NCBI GenBank assembly: GCA_963813815.1
Contig: CAWFAD010000011.1
Coordinates: 160,001-224,000 of the forward strand
Source: an uncultured bacterium
GTDB taxonomy: Bacteria; Krumholzibacteriota; Krumholzibacteriia; Krumholzibacteriales; Krumholzibacteriaceae
Direction: 5' to 3'
DNA length: 64,000 nt
Shown: piece by piece, positions 20,436 to 33,627 of the stretch
Numbering within the stretch: position 1 is the first letter of the stretch
How the letters are laid out: each line of letters starts with the position of its first letter
The notes under the pieces: generated by a model
The model's database searches: none
What the model was told of the DNA's origin: nothing
The model's input: only the letters and a program-made list of their open reading frames with translations
Position numbers and translations under genes: made by a program

Positions 20436-21526
20436 GAATCACGCGCTTCGGGGGCGCCGTCGTTCTGGCGTGCCTCGCCCTGTGGCCCGTCTCATGTCTC
20501 GCCGTCGGAGATTCGCTCTGCGTGCGCTTCACGGGGACCGGGACGGGCGAGACGATAACGCTCACGCGTGGCAGCGTGACGGCGGGGGAGCTCCCCGTCA
20601 CGCTGTGCGGGCTCGCCAGGAACGAAGTCTATCGCCTCGAGCTCGGCGGCCCCGGCTTCGAGCGCCGCGTCGGAAAGGCGCGCGTGGTCGAGGCGGGGGC
20701 GAGCATCGCGGGGATTCGGTTCGGGACGATCGCCCGGAACGCGGTTCTGCCCGGCCTCGGGTCGGCGTGGGCCGGGAGGCCGGGTGCCGCCGCCGCGGAC
20801 GGAGTATCCCTCGCGGCGTCCCTCGTCGCGCTCGCGCGCGAGCAGCGCGAGTACGAGCACCTCCGCAATCGCCTCGATATCCTGGAGTCGCTCGTGGCCT
20901 CGGCGGCCACGTACGAAGGGGCGGCGCTGGCGGAGGAGGCCGCCCACGAAACGTCGCGCATGGTGAACGTGCAGAACGCTCACCGCCGGCGTCTCGCGGC
21001 GCTCTGCGGCGCCCTCTACGGATGGCAGGCGATCGAGCCGATTCTCGCCGACGCGCCTCCGCGGTGGAAGAGAGGCGTGGAAAAATCCACGGTCAGCCTG
21101 ACCGGCGCCCGGGAATCCAGGGCGAAGGCGTTTTTCTACTCGCTCATCCGTCCCGGCCGCGGACAGCTCTATCAGGGAAAAACCGTTCGCGGGATTCTTT
21201 TTTCCACGGCGACGCTCGCCGCCGGTCTCGCGGCGCTCGATTTCCAGAACCGCTACGACGAGGCCCAGGCCGAGTACGATCTGTGCGTCGAACGATTCGA
21301 GGCCGCGGCGACCGTCGATGACAAGGTGGCGCTCGCAGCCGAGTGCGAGCTCCTGAGGGGTGACGCGGAGGATGACGGGCGGTGTCGAAACATCTCGCTC
21401 ATCGCGCTGGCCGCGATCTGGAGCTGGAACTGCGCCGACACATTCTTCGGCGGAAACGACGTCAGCGTGTCCCGCTACTCCCTCGCCGTCGATGCGCGCG
21501 GAGCGGCCGTTTCCGTTCGATTCTGA
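20432..21526 (+). CDS. Hypothetical exported/membrane protein with two PG.G helix modules
   Basis: GTG overlapping kinase stop with GGAGG RBS; signal peptide; NAVLPGLGSAWAG and SLIRPGRGQLYQG repeats; ends in F. Confidence 0.6.
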   Translation: MRITRFGGAVVLACLALWPVSCLAVGDSLCVRFTGTGTGETITLTRGSVTAGELPVTLCGLARNEVYRLELGGPGFERRVGKARVVEAGASIAGIRFGTIARNAVLPGLGSAWAGRPGAAAADGVSLAASLVALAREQREYEHLRNRLDILESLVASAATYEGAALAEEAAHETSRMVNVQNAHRRRLAALCGALYGWQAIEPILADAPPRWKRGVEKSTVSLTGARESRAKAFFYSLIRPGRGQLYQGKTVRGILFSTATLAAGLAALDFQNRYDEAQAEYDLCVERFEAAATVDDKVALAAECELLRGDAEDDGRCRNISLIALAAIWSWNCADTFFGGNDVSVSRYSLAVDARGAAVSVRF

Positions 21527-21544
21527 GGTATGGAGGTTCACGCC

Positions 21545-23083
21545 ATGAAGCGGATATCGATGCTCGCCCTATCGCTCGCCATCGCGGCCTTTTCCGCCGG
21601 TTGCCTCGACGATATCGTCGAGGCTCCTCTCGAGATCCCTGACCGGAATCTCGCGGCGCCGGAGGCTCTCGCCGCCGAGGCGGGAAACGGATCCGTCACG
21701 CTTCGCTGGCATTCCGTCGTCGGCGCGGAGTCCTACCGGGTGTACCGCGCGACCGATAATGCAACGCCCGGCGATCTCATCGCCGAAACGACCGATACGG
21801 CATACGTCGACTCGAAGGTCCAAAACGGGATCGTCTATGCTTACCGCATCGCCGGGATCGGCGCGAGCGGGCTCGAGGGGCCGCTGAGCGACGCGGTCAT
21901 AGCGCGACCCGGCATCTACGCCGTCATCGTAAACGGCGGCGAGGCCTACACGGGGGCGAGCACGGTCACGCTGTCCCTGACCGCTCCGACGACGACGGAA
22001 AACATGATGATATCGCGAAGCTCGCTCTTCGAGGGCGCGGCGTGGGAGAGCTACGCCGCCTCCCGCGTTTTCGCGATCGACGGGCCGGACGGGACAATCA
22101 CGATATACGCCAAGTTCCGCGACGCCGGGGGGGCGCTCTCTCCCGTTGTCTCGGACGACATCGAAAAGGATACCTACGCTCGCGTCGTCTCGGTGGAGAT
22201 TCTCCCCGAGCAGCCTCTCTACGCGCCCGGAGAGACCGTGCGGTTCCGCATGCGCGTCGAGGGTGACGAAACGGGGGGGAGAGGTGCCGTCTCGTTCCCG
22301 GGCCTCGATCAGGTGGTGGAGCTCCGCGATGACGGACGGGGAGGCGACGAGACGGCTGATGACGGAATCTACGAGGCGGAGTACATCCTGCCCATTTCCC
22401 TTCGGGGAATCGACATTCCCCTCACCGCGTACTTCATCGACCGCGCTTCGAACGAGGCTCCCTCCCTCGCTTCGGGAACGATATCCTTCACGGATCCCCC
22501 GGAACCGGTTACGCTTATCGGAGCCGTCGATTCAACCGAGACGAGCATCACAATCAAGTGGGTCGCCTCGGACGAGCAGTATTTCGCGAGCTATCGGATC
22601 TATCGGGCGGAGGCGCCCGGCGTGGCGGAGACGCCCGTCAACCTGGTGCGCGAGCTTTTCAGCGCCGCGCAGACGAGCTACCCGGACGGCCAGCTCATCG
22701 AGGGGAGAAGCTACTACTACCGGATTTTCGTGGTGAACGATCTCGGGGAATCGGCGGGGAGCAACGAGATAGCGGCCAGCACGTACGACGCCTACCCGAC
22801 GGTCCCCGTTCTCGACGAGCCGACCTCCGTGGGGCCGACGAGAGCGACGCTCACGTGGTCGGCGATCCCGGATACTGATTTCAAGGAGTACCGGCTCTAT
22901 CGATCGACGGAGCCCGGGGTGACGGACGCGTCGCTTCTCGTGGCGACGATCACGGATCGCGAGATCACGTACTTCGACGACGCCGGGCTTGACACGAGCT
23001 CGAATATCTACTACTATCGAGTCTACGCGGTTGATCTGGGTGAAAAGTACTCACGAAGCAATGAGGTCGACACGGAGCTATAG
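21545..23083 (+). CDS. Fibronectin type III repeat lipoprotein
   Basis: Lipobox FSAG-C; several W...YRVYR...YYYRV FN3 units; LRDDGRGGDETADDGIY acidic loop. Confidence 0.82.
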   Translation: MKRISMLALSLAIAAFSAGCLDDIVEAPLEIPDRNLAAPEALAAEAGNGSVTLRWHSVVGAESYRVYRATDNATPGDLIAETTDTAYVDSKVQNGIVYAYRIAGIGASGLEGPLSDAVIARPGIYAVIVNGGEAYTGASTVTLSLTAPTTTENMMISRSSLFEGAAWESYAASRVFAIDGPDGTITIYAKFRDAGGALSPVVSDDIEKDTYARVVSVEILPEQPLYAPGETVRFRMRVEGDETGGRGAVSFPGLDQVVELRDDGRGGDETADDGIYEAEYILPISLRGIDIPLTAYFIDRASNEAPSLASGTISFTDPPEPVTLIGAVDSTETSITIKWVASDEQYFASYRIYRAEAPGVAETPVNLVRELFSAAQTSYPDGQLIEGRSYYYRIFVVNDLGESAGSNEIAASTYDAYPTVPVLDEPTSVGPTRATLTWSAIPDTDFKEYRLYRSTEPGVTDASLLVATITDREITYFDDAGLDTSSNIYYYRVYAVDLGEKYSRSNEVDTEL

Positions 23084-23303
23084 GGGCGATTTCGATCGGT
23101 TTCGTGTAGACGCGAGTGAGTAAATTTCACCAAGCGGCTCATTAAATAGGGAAAAATCGCGCTAATTTTTTCGTACTTGGGGCGAACGGAAGCTCCTTCG
23201 GCGGGGCTACGATTGTCTGTATAGCTCGCTATCATACTATACAGCAATAGGATAGAGGTCAACATGCAAGCCATTCCTAGCACGAAAAACAATTCTTAAT
23301 TTG

Positions 23304-23319
23304 AGGAATGGAACTTGCG
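23304..23319 (+). promoter_or_regulatory. Possible sigma54 promoter for sugar transferase
   Basis: AGGAATGGAACTTGCG has GG-N10-GC spacing with TTGC at -12, but a non-consensus -24 box. Confidence 0.4.
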
Positions 23320-23336
23320 TTAGGGGGGGGTAACAA

Positions 23337-24188
23337 GTGCCAGTAGTGCGTCCGGGGAGACCGTCTCCAGAGAGCAAGCATATGTCGTTTTTCAATAGAA
23401 CTATGATTCAGCGAGAGCGCCAGTTCGAGACGTTCGAGGCGGGCGAGCCCGGCCGCATCGACGAGCTCCTCGGCCGCTCGGAGTCCCTGCGCGTTCTTGC
23501 GTCGCCTCGAACGGGCGCCTTCCCCGCCGTCAAGAGGGCATTCGACGTCGTTATCTCCTCCGCGGCGCTTCTCGCGCTCGCGCCGGTTCTCGCGCTCGCG
23601 GCGGCGGCGATAAAGATCGATTCCCCCGGGGCCGTTTTCTTCGTTCAGGAGAGGATCGGGCTCAACCGCCGGCGCGGCGAACGGCGCTCGCGCGTCGCGG
23701 GCGTCGGGAGCGAGAGCCGCTCGGGCGCCGACCGGAGAAAGAACGTGCATCCCGGCCGCCCGTTCAAAATATACAAGATGAGGACGATGGTGCAGGACGC
23801 CGAGCGGTTCGGGCCGGCGCTCGCCTACGAGAGCGATCCCCGCATCACGCGCGTGGGACGTTTCATGCGCAAGACGCGGATCGATGAGCTGCCGCAGTTC
23901 CTGAACGTGCTGCGCGGCGACATGAGCATCATCGGTCCCCGGCCGGAGCGCTCGTTCTTCATCAACCGCGTCCGCCACGAGGTGCCGCAGTTCACGATGC
24001 GCCTGCTCGTCAAGCCGGGCATCACGGGCCTCGCGCAAGTGGAAAACGGCTACACGTCGAGCATCGACGAGATGCGGAACAAGCTCTTCTACGACCTCAA
24101 GTACATCGCCGAATTCTCCCTCTGGCAGGAGATACGCATTCTCTTCAAAACGGTCTACGTGGTCGTGACGGGCAAGGGCGCCTGCTGA
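23337..24188 (+). CDS. Priming sugar transferase (Bac_transf family); start may be downstream
   Basis: [55 protein letters not shown]. Confidence 0.93.
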   Translation: MPVVRPGRPSPESKHMSFFNRTMIQRERQFETFEAGEPGRIDELLGRSESLRVLASPRTGAFPAVKRAFDVVISSAALLALAPVLALAAAAIKIDSPGAVFFVQERIGLNRRRGERRSRVAGVGSESRSGADRRKNVHPGRPFKIYKMRTMVQDAERFGPALAYESDPRITRVGRFMRKTRIDELPQFLNVLRGDMSIIGPRPERSFFINRVRHEVPQFTMRLLVKPGITGLAQVENGYTSSIDEMRNKLFYDLKYIAEFSLWQEIRILFKTVYVVVTGKGAC

Positions 24189-24240
24189 CGGCGCCACCCC
24201 CGCGTGGCCTCCGACCGCCTCCCCGGGCGGGCGGATTGTC

Positions 24241-24269
24241 TTGACCTGCCGCGCTTCGCTCCGTAAACT
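24241..24269 (+). promoter_or_regulatory. Sigma70-type promoter of histidine kinase
   Basis: TTGACC-N17-TAAACT ending 8 nt before the ATG. Confidence 0.55.
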
Positions 24270-24277
24270 CGCGTCCG

Positions 24278-26326
24278 ATGAATATCCTCAGGCGATATCG
24301 CGATCTCGTTCTCGTATGCGCCGGGTACAGCGTTCTCGTGGCGCTATCGACCGTCGTGCCGTGGTGGGTATGTCTCGCCGCCGGTCTCGTTCTCACCGCT
24401 CTCGCGATCGAGCGCCGGCGCCGCGCGCACCGGCGCAGGATCGAGGCGATCCAGCAGCGGCTCTCGAACCTGCGGAGCGAGGGGATCGTCATCGAGGAAA
24501 AGGAGAGGGGATCCGAGGACGACGTCCTGCAGCGCGTGATCATGACGCTGCTCGGCGATCTCGAGCGGACGCTCTTCAAGCTCGTCGAGAAGAACATCCA
24601 GCTTCTGAGCGTCAAGGAGATCGGGCGCACGATCATCAGCTCCCTCGATGAGCAGCGGCTCGTGGATTCCGTTTTCGAGTACCTGAACCGGGGGGTCGGG
24701 TACAAGGAAGCGGCGTTCATCATTCTCCGGAAAAAGAAGCGCACCTTTCAGGCGATCGTAACGATCGAGCAGCCCTCGCGGGTGGTGCGACGATCGCTCA
24801 CCGTCGATTATGCGGATCTCGCGAGCTCCGTGTCCCAGGCATGCCTCGCCGGCAAGTCGTTTCTCATCAAGGATGCGGCGATGCACCCTCTGTTTACGGC
24901 CGCGGGCGAGCCGCTCTTTCCGGACAGCACGATGACGTCCTACCTCTGCGTGCCCCTTCTGAAATCGGTCGAAACGGGCGTCTGCGGCGAGAGCGAGGAT
25001 TGCGTTCTCCGCAAAGGAGCCTCCCCGCCCGAGCCGGCGGCGCCGGTGTACCTGGGAAACGAGGAATGCCTCGGCTGCCCCCATATGCCGCTGCTCGGCG
25101 CGCTCGTCGTGACCGACGGATTTCGTGGCACGGCGCTCACGAACGTCGATCAGGTGACCCTCGAAACCGTGGCCTCTCTCGTGAGTTCCAACATGGAGAA
25201 CTGGTACCTCTACCAGGAGCTCCGGCAGGAGGAGCTGTTTCGCGAGCGAGTGATCGAGGGGATGCTGAACGGCGTCTTCGTCATCGATCGGGAGGGCAAC
25301 GTCACGCTTGCCAACAGAACCGCGCGGGATATGAGCCAATACAAGCAGCGGCAGGTGCGGACGCTGCGAATCGACGAGCTCTTCGTTGCGCAGGCCGGAG
25401 GGAAGGACGAGTCGTCCTCGCTTCTGCGCGTGTTCGAACGCGGATCGCCCCTCACGCACCGGGAGGCCTACCTGCGGCGGCGGGACGGGATGCACGTGCC
25501 GATCCGCATGAACGTCGCGCCGATGGCGGGCGAGGACGGGGAAGTGCAGGGGGCGATCATCGAGTTCATCGATTTGAGCGAGATGAGGCGCATGGAAGAG
25601 GAGATTCGCTACCTCGACCGGCTTGCCGTGCTCGGACGGTTCACGTCGGCGGTCGCGCACGAGATTCGGAACCCGCTGACGGGCATCGCCGCGGGCATCC
25701 AGTACATCAACCGCTCGCAGGCGCTTCCGGCCGATCAGCGGGAGAACATCGTGTTCATCCTGAACGAGGTGGATCGTCTCAATCGCATCGTGACCGATCT
25801 CTTCAAGGTCTCGAAGCCGCGCGATCTGCTCTGCCAGCCCATAGCGGTTGCGGAGCTCGTCGAACGAAGCCGCCGCTCGATCGGAAACCTTTTCGAGGGA
25901 AAGGGAATCACGCTCGCCGTGTCGATCGATGACGACGTGCCCCCCATCGATATCGATCCCGACCAGATCATTCAGGTGCTCATCAACCTTTTCAAGAACG
26001 CGATCGAGGCCTCGGCGGCCGAGAGCGAGATTCGGGTGCAGGGCCGGCGCTACGCGGGGGGCGACCCAGAAGTGGTGCGGGAACGGGATACGGAGCTCGT
26101 CTGCATCGAGGTTGCCGATAGCGGGCAGGGAATCAGCCGCGAGGACCTCGAAAAGATCTGGGAGCCGTTCTTCTCGCGGAAAAAGGGAGGAACCGGCCTC
26201 GGGCTCTTCGTCAGCCAGAGCATCGTGCTGCGCCATCAGGGCCGGCTCTCCGTGACCTCGGCGCCCGGAGAGGGCGCCACGTTCAGGGTGTATCTGCCGA
26301 TCACTCGGCCGCGAAAAGGAGGGTAG
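24278..26326 (+). CDS. Membrane GAF/PAS sensor histidine kinase
   Basis: AHEIRNPL H-box, NLFKNA, DSGQG, GGTGLGL; PAS region; N-terminal TMs. Confidence 0.93.
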   Translation: MNILRRYRDLVLVCAGYSVLVALSTVVPWWVCLAAGLVLTALAIERRRRAHRRRIEAIQQRLSNLRSEGIVIEEKERGSEDDVLQRVIMTLLGDLERTLFKLVEKNIQLLSVKEIGRTIISSLDEQRLVDSVFEYLNRGVGYKEAAFIILRKKKRTFQAIVTIEQPSRVVRRSLTVDYADLASSVSQACLAGKSFLIKDAAMHPLFTAAGEPLFPDSTMTSYLCVPLLKSVETGVCGESEDCVLRKGASPPEPAAPVYLGNEECLGCPHMPLLGALVVTDGFRGTALTNVDQVTLETVASLVSSNMENWYLYQELRQEELFRERVIEGMLNGVFVIDREGNVTLANRTARDMSQYKQRQVRTLRIDELFVAQAGGKDESSSLLRVFERGSPLTHREAYLRRRDGMHVPIRMNVAPMAGEDGEVQGAIIEFIDLSEMRRMEEEIRYLDRLAVLGRFTSAVAHEIRNPLTGIAAGIQYINRSQALPADQRENIVFILNEVDRLNRIVTDLFKVSKPRDLLCQPIAVAELVERSRRSIGNLFEGKGITLAVSIDDDVPPIDIDPDQIIQVLINLFKNAIEASAAESEIRVQGRRYAGGDPEVVRERDTELVCIEVADSGQGISREDLEKIWEPFFSRKKGGTGLGLFVSQSIVLRHQGRLSVTSAPGEGATFRVYLPITRPRKGG

Positions 26327-26327
26327 G

Positions 26328-27742
<1,415 letters not shown>

Positions 27743-27746
<4 letters not shown>

Positions 27747-28252
27747 CGGGGCGCCGGATAGGGATCATGGCCTGCGCGGCCGCGGCCCTCTCGACGCTCG
27801 TCTCCTGCGGCTATTACAGCACGAAGGGGAGGAGCGCGGGGGACATCAAGCGGATCGCGGTTCCCTACCTCGCGAACGAGACCGCGGAGCCGGAGATCGA
27901 GATCGAGATCACGCGGAGCATCATCGACGGGCTCGTCAAGGACAACACCCTCAAAGTAGTGGAGGGCGCGGAGGCGGACGCGGTCCTCGAGGGAGCGGTG
28001 GAGAGATACCAGAACATCCCGTTCACGTTCGATACGAAGCTTCAGGCGCAGCAGTACCGCCTCGTGATCGCGATCGACGTCTCTCTCTTCGATCCCAAAA
28101 CGAACGCGTACATCTGGCGGGACAAAAAAATAGAGGCCCACGGCGATTACTACCTTGAAGCGGAGGGCCAGCGGACGTACGATGAGGCGCTTGCGGACGT
28201 ATACCGGTATCTCGTGGAAGGGATTCTGAACGCGACGGTGCAGGAGTGGTAG
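27743..28252 (+). CDS. lptE: LptE family lipoprotein
   Basis: Lipobox LVS-CGY, IAVPYLANET, EADAVLEG; directly upstream of holA. Confidence 0.8.
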
Positions 28253-28256
28253 CGGC

Positions 28257-29282
28257 ATGAAGTCGGGGATGACGCATTACAAGAGGATATTCGGGGATGT
28301 CGAGCGGCGCGACATCGCGAGCCTCTACCTGCTGCAGGGAACGGAGGGCCTCATCATGGAGGAGATGGCGCAGAAGATCGTCTCCTCGCTCGTGCCCGAG
28401 GATCTCCGTGCCTTCAACCTCACGACGGCCTACGGCAGCGAGATCGACATCGAGGCGTTCGTCGCCTCGGCGGCCTCGTTTCCGTTTCTTTCGGATCACC
28501 GGGTGCTCGTGCTCAAGGAGCTCGAAAAGCTGCGCGGGGGCTGGAAGGAGCTCGTGCGGTACTGCCGCAACCCCGTGCCCACGAGCGTCGTCGTCTTCCT
28601 CTACCGGAGCGTCGACGAGCGCGGGGCGAAGCTCCGGGATCCGCGCGATTTCTCGGCCCTCGCCGAGGCCGTGCGGGCGTCGGGAAGGGTTCTGACGTTC
28701 GATTCGCTTCCCGAGCCGGACATCCTCCAGTGGGTCAGACAGAAGGCTCGACAGCTCGGTTTCGAGATCTCCCCGGAGGCGGCCGAAGCGCTCAGGAGGA
28801 GCGTCGGGGGGGATCTCTTCGATCTGCGCAACGAGCTCTCGAAGCTCGCGCTCCGCTTCGAGGGGAAAACGGTCCGCGAGGAGGACCTGGCCGCGGTCAT
28901 AGGCGGATTCCGGCTGAACTCGGTCTACGAGCTCATCGACGCGATCGAGCCCGGGAGGGAGGGGACGGCGCTGGCGATCCTCGATCGCATCCTCGCGACG
29001 GGGGCAGAGCGGCCCTCGTCGATCCTGTACCATCTCACGCGCCATTTCCTCGCGATGCTGAGGATCCGGTCTGGAGCGGCCTCGCGGGGATACGTTTCCG
29101 AGCGCCAGCGGCGCAGGGCGCAGGCGTTCGACGTCCGCGCGCTCCTCGTTTGGCTCGAGAACATACGGTGCGCTGAGCTCGCGATCAAAACGAGCTCCTT
29201 CCCCGAGGAGGCGCTGCTCGCGGCGGCGTTCGCCCACGCTTTTCGGGGAAGATGCATGAATCATCAATTTTCGGCGGCGTAG
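28257..29282 (+). CDS. holA: DNA polymerase III delta subunit
   Basis: LYLLQGTE, SFPFLSDHRVLVLK, LRNELSKL. Confidence 0.85.
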   Translation: MKSGMTHYKRIFGDVERRDIASLYLLQGTEGLIMEEMAQKIVSSLVPEDLRAFNLTTAYGSEIDIEAFVASAASFPFLSDHRVLVLKELEKLRGGWKELVRYCRNPVPTSVVVFLYRSVDERGAKLRDPRDFSALAEAVRASGRVLTFDSLPEPDILQWVRQKARQLGFEISPEAAEALRRSVGGDLFDLRNELSKLALRFEGKTVREEDLAAVIGGFRLNSVYELIDAIEPGREGTALAILDRILATGAERPSSILYHLTRHFLAMLRIRSGAASRGYVSERQRRRAQAFDVRALLVWLENIRCAELAIKTSSFPEEALLAAAFAHAFRGRCMNHQFSAA

Positions 29283-29323
29283 AATGCGCCCGCGCGGATC
29301 GCGGGCGGTGACAAAGGGGGGCT

Positions 29324-29659
29324 ATGTCGCAGGCAATCGTGAAGGTCAACGACGATGAGTTTCCGGCGGCGGTTCTCGGCGGCGGTCGCCCGAGCGTCGT
29401 GGACTTCTGGGCCACCTGGTGCGCGCCGTGCCGGCAGCTCGACGGCGTGCTCGAGGACATGGCGCGATCGTACGAGGGCAAGGTGGCCTTCTACAAGGTG
29501 GACGTGAACGAGAGCTCCAGCACCGCGTCGCGCTACGCGGTACGGAGCATTCCGACGCTGCTTTTTTTCGACGGAGGCGAGGTGGTCGATCAGGCGATCG
29601 GCGCCGTTTCGCGCGAGGACATCGAAAGCAAGGTGCGCCGGCTCATCGCCGGGGAATGA
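29324..29659 (+). CDS. trxA: Thioredoxin
   Basis: VDFWATWCAPC, VRSIPTL. Confidence 0.93.
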   Translation: MSQAIVKVNDDEFPAAVLGGGRPSVVDFWATWCAPCRQLDGVLEDMARSYEGKVAFYKVDVNESSSTASRYAVRSIPTLLFFDGGEVVDQAIGAVSREDIESKVRRLIAGE

Positions 29660-29686
29660 GGATCGGGACGCGGAGGAGCGAAACGC

Positions 29687-29934
29687 ATGAGCGGAACCAA
29701 CCATGACGAGGAGCGCATCACCGCGCGCGGACTCCGGTCGCCGGGACCGCTGCTGATCGTGAAAAAGCGGCTCCGCGAAACGGACGCGGGCCGTCTCCGG
29801 GTCATCGTGTCGAGCGCCGAAGCCGCAGAGGAAATCATTTCGTTCCTCGTCGCGCGGGGCGCCCGCGCGGAGGCCGACCGGGCGGGAGACGATTACCACG
29901 TGATCGCCGACCTCAGCGGCTACAAGGACGTGGG

Positions 29935-29938
<4 letters not shown>
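29687..29938 (+). CDS. TusA/SirA-like protein lacking the catalytic Cys
   Basis: ITARGLRSPGPLLIVKKRL matches D.RGL.CP.P with Ser for Cys; 83 aa. Confidence 0.65.
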
Positions 29939-32457
<2,519 letters not shown>

Positions 32458-32477
32458 AGAGTCGACCCCTATTTTCT

Positions 32478-32505
32478 GGTTAACATAATATATATTATGC
32501 GCCAT
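32478..32505 (-). other. dif site (XerCD chromosome dimer resolution)
   Basis: Minus strand ATGGCGCATAA-TATATA-TTATGTTAACC versus E. coli GGTGCGCATAA-TGTATA-TTATGTTAAAT; intergenic; at gene-strand convergence. Confidence 0.9.
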
Positions 32506-32521
32506 ATTTGATAAAGGGCGC

Positions 32522-32556
32522 AAAAAGACCCGCGGCCTCGCGACCGTGGGTCTTTT
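32522..32556. terminator. Bidirectional intrinsic terminator between convergent genes
   Basis: AAAAGACCCGCGG-loop-CCGTGGGTCTTTT. Confidence 0.8.
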
Positions 32557-32575
32557 CGCTTCTCTGCCCTACCGC

Positions 32576-33136
32576 TCAGCGGTAAAGCGATTTAATCGCG
32601 CCCCAGCTCGTTTCCTCGGTCGCCGGGTTGCAGGTCCCGTTGAAAACGAATGTGCCGCCGAGGACGCTATAGACCGTCTGGCCCGGGTCGCAAATCGTGA
32701 TGTTAATGGCGGGCGGAACGGAGAGCGGGTAGGCTACGACCTTTACGGTGAACATCCCGAGCTCGGTCATGTTGAACACGTAGATGTTCCCGAGATACAC
32801 GATGTTCATGCCCGATCCGAGGCAGGCAGCCGCCGTTATGGCGATACCGCTCTGAATGTCGCCGATCGTGAGGTTGACGAGCGGCGTCCATTCCGGATCC
32901 GGGGTGAAGAGCACCATTTCGGACGATTTCTCGATCCTGAACTGAGCCGCGTTCCCCATCTCGGGCCCGCTGCCCCTCACGTAAAAGAGCTGGATCGTAT
33001 CCGTCACGAACATGCCGGACGTGAGATCGCAATCCCCGATTCCCGAGTCCGTGTAGAGGGAGAGCGCCCCGTTGTGCGCGAACGCCGGCGCGCCGAGCAC
33101 CATCACGAAAAGAATTCCCAATGTCAGTGATCTCAT
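32576..33136 (-). CDS. Secreted Cys-containing protein with C-terminal SWGAIKSLYR tail
   Basis: AGGAGGAGG RBS, signal peptide ending PAFA, 186 aa; upstream TTGACA at 33191-33196 (minus). Confidence 0.8.
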   Translation of the reverse strand: MRSLTLGILFVMVLGAPAFAHNGALSLYTDSGIGDCDLTSGMFVTDTIQLFYVRGSGPEMGNAAQFRIEKSSEMVLFTPDPEWTPLVNLTIGDIQSGIAITAAACLGSGMNIVYLGNIYVFNMTELGMFTVKVVAYPLSVPPAINITICDPGQTVYSVLGGTFVFNGTCNPATEETSWGAIKSLYR

Positions 33137-33207
33137 TGTGCCTCCTCCTTGCTTACTGCCTGCCGTAGAGTAAGTACGCGTTCGAAAACGTGTCAAGATA
33201 TTTGTGC

Positions 33208-33609
33208 TTATCGATCCTCGAATCCCGGGACCCGGTCTCTCCATTCTCCGAGAAACGGCATGTTCCATCGCTCGCCGAAGAGCGCCTTTACGAAACCGAT
33301 CGCGGAGAGCACGAGCGCCGTCATGCCGGTCACGAAAACGAACACGCCGACGACGATGAGCCCGGCGATCTTTATCCTGCCAACCGTCGCCTCGAGGATG
33401 AGCGAGGCGACGAGAAACGTTATCTCCGCGAGAAAGAGCAGAAAGCCCTGCGAGGCGTGGTACCGCACGAAGGAGCTCCCCTTCGCGCGCCAGAGCGCGA
33501 AGACGCTCATGAACGACACGTACCCCACGGCGGCGAGCCAGCGCGCGCTCTCCGAGGGCTTCGTCCCCTCCATCTCCGCCCCCGCGGTTTCCATCGCGTT
33601 CTCGGTCAC
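33208..33609 (-). CDS. DUF4870-like membrane protein
   Basis: LAAVGY, FVRYHASQG, KALFGERWNMPFLG pattern; 3 TMs. Confidence 0.75.
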   Translation of the reverse strand: MTENAMETAGAEMEGTKPSESARWLAAVGYVSFMSVFALWRAKGSSFVRYHASQGFLLFLAEITFLVASLILEATVGRIKIAGLIVVGVFVFVTGMTALVLSAIGFVKALFGERWNMPFLGEWRDRVPGFEDR

Positions 33610-33627
33610 TCGGCGCTCTCCCCCGTT

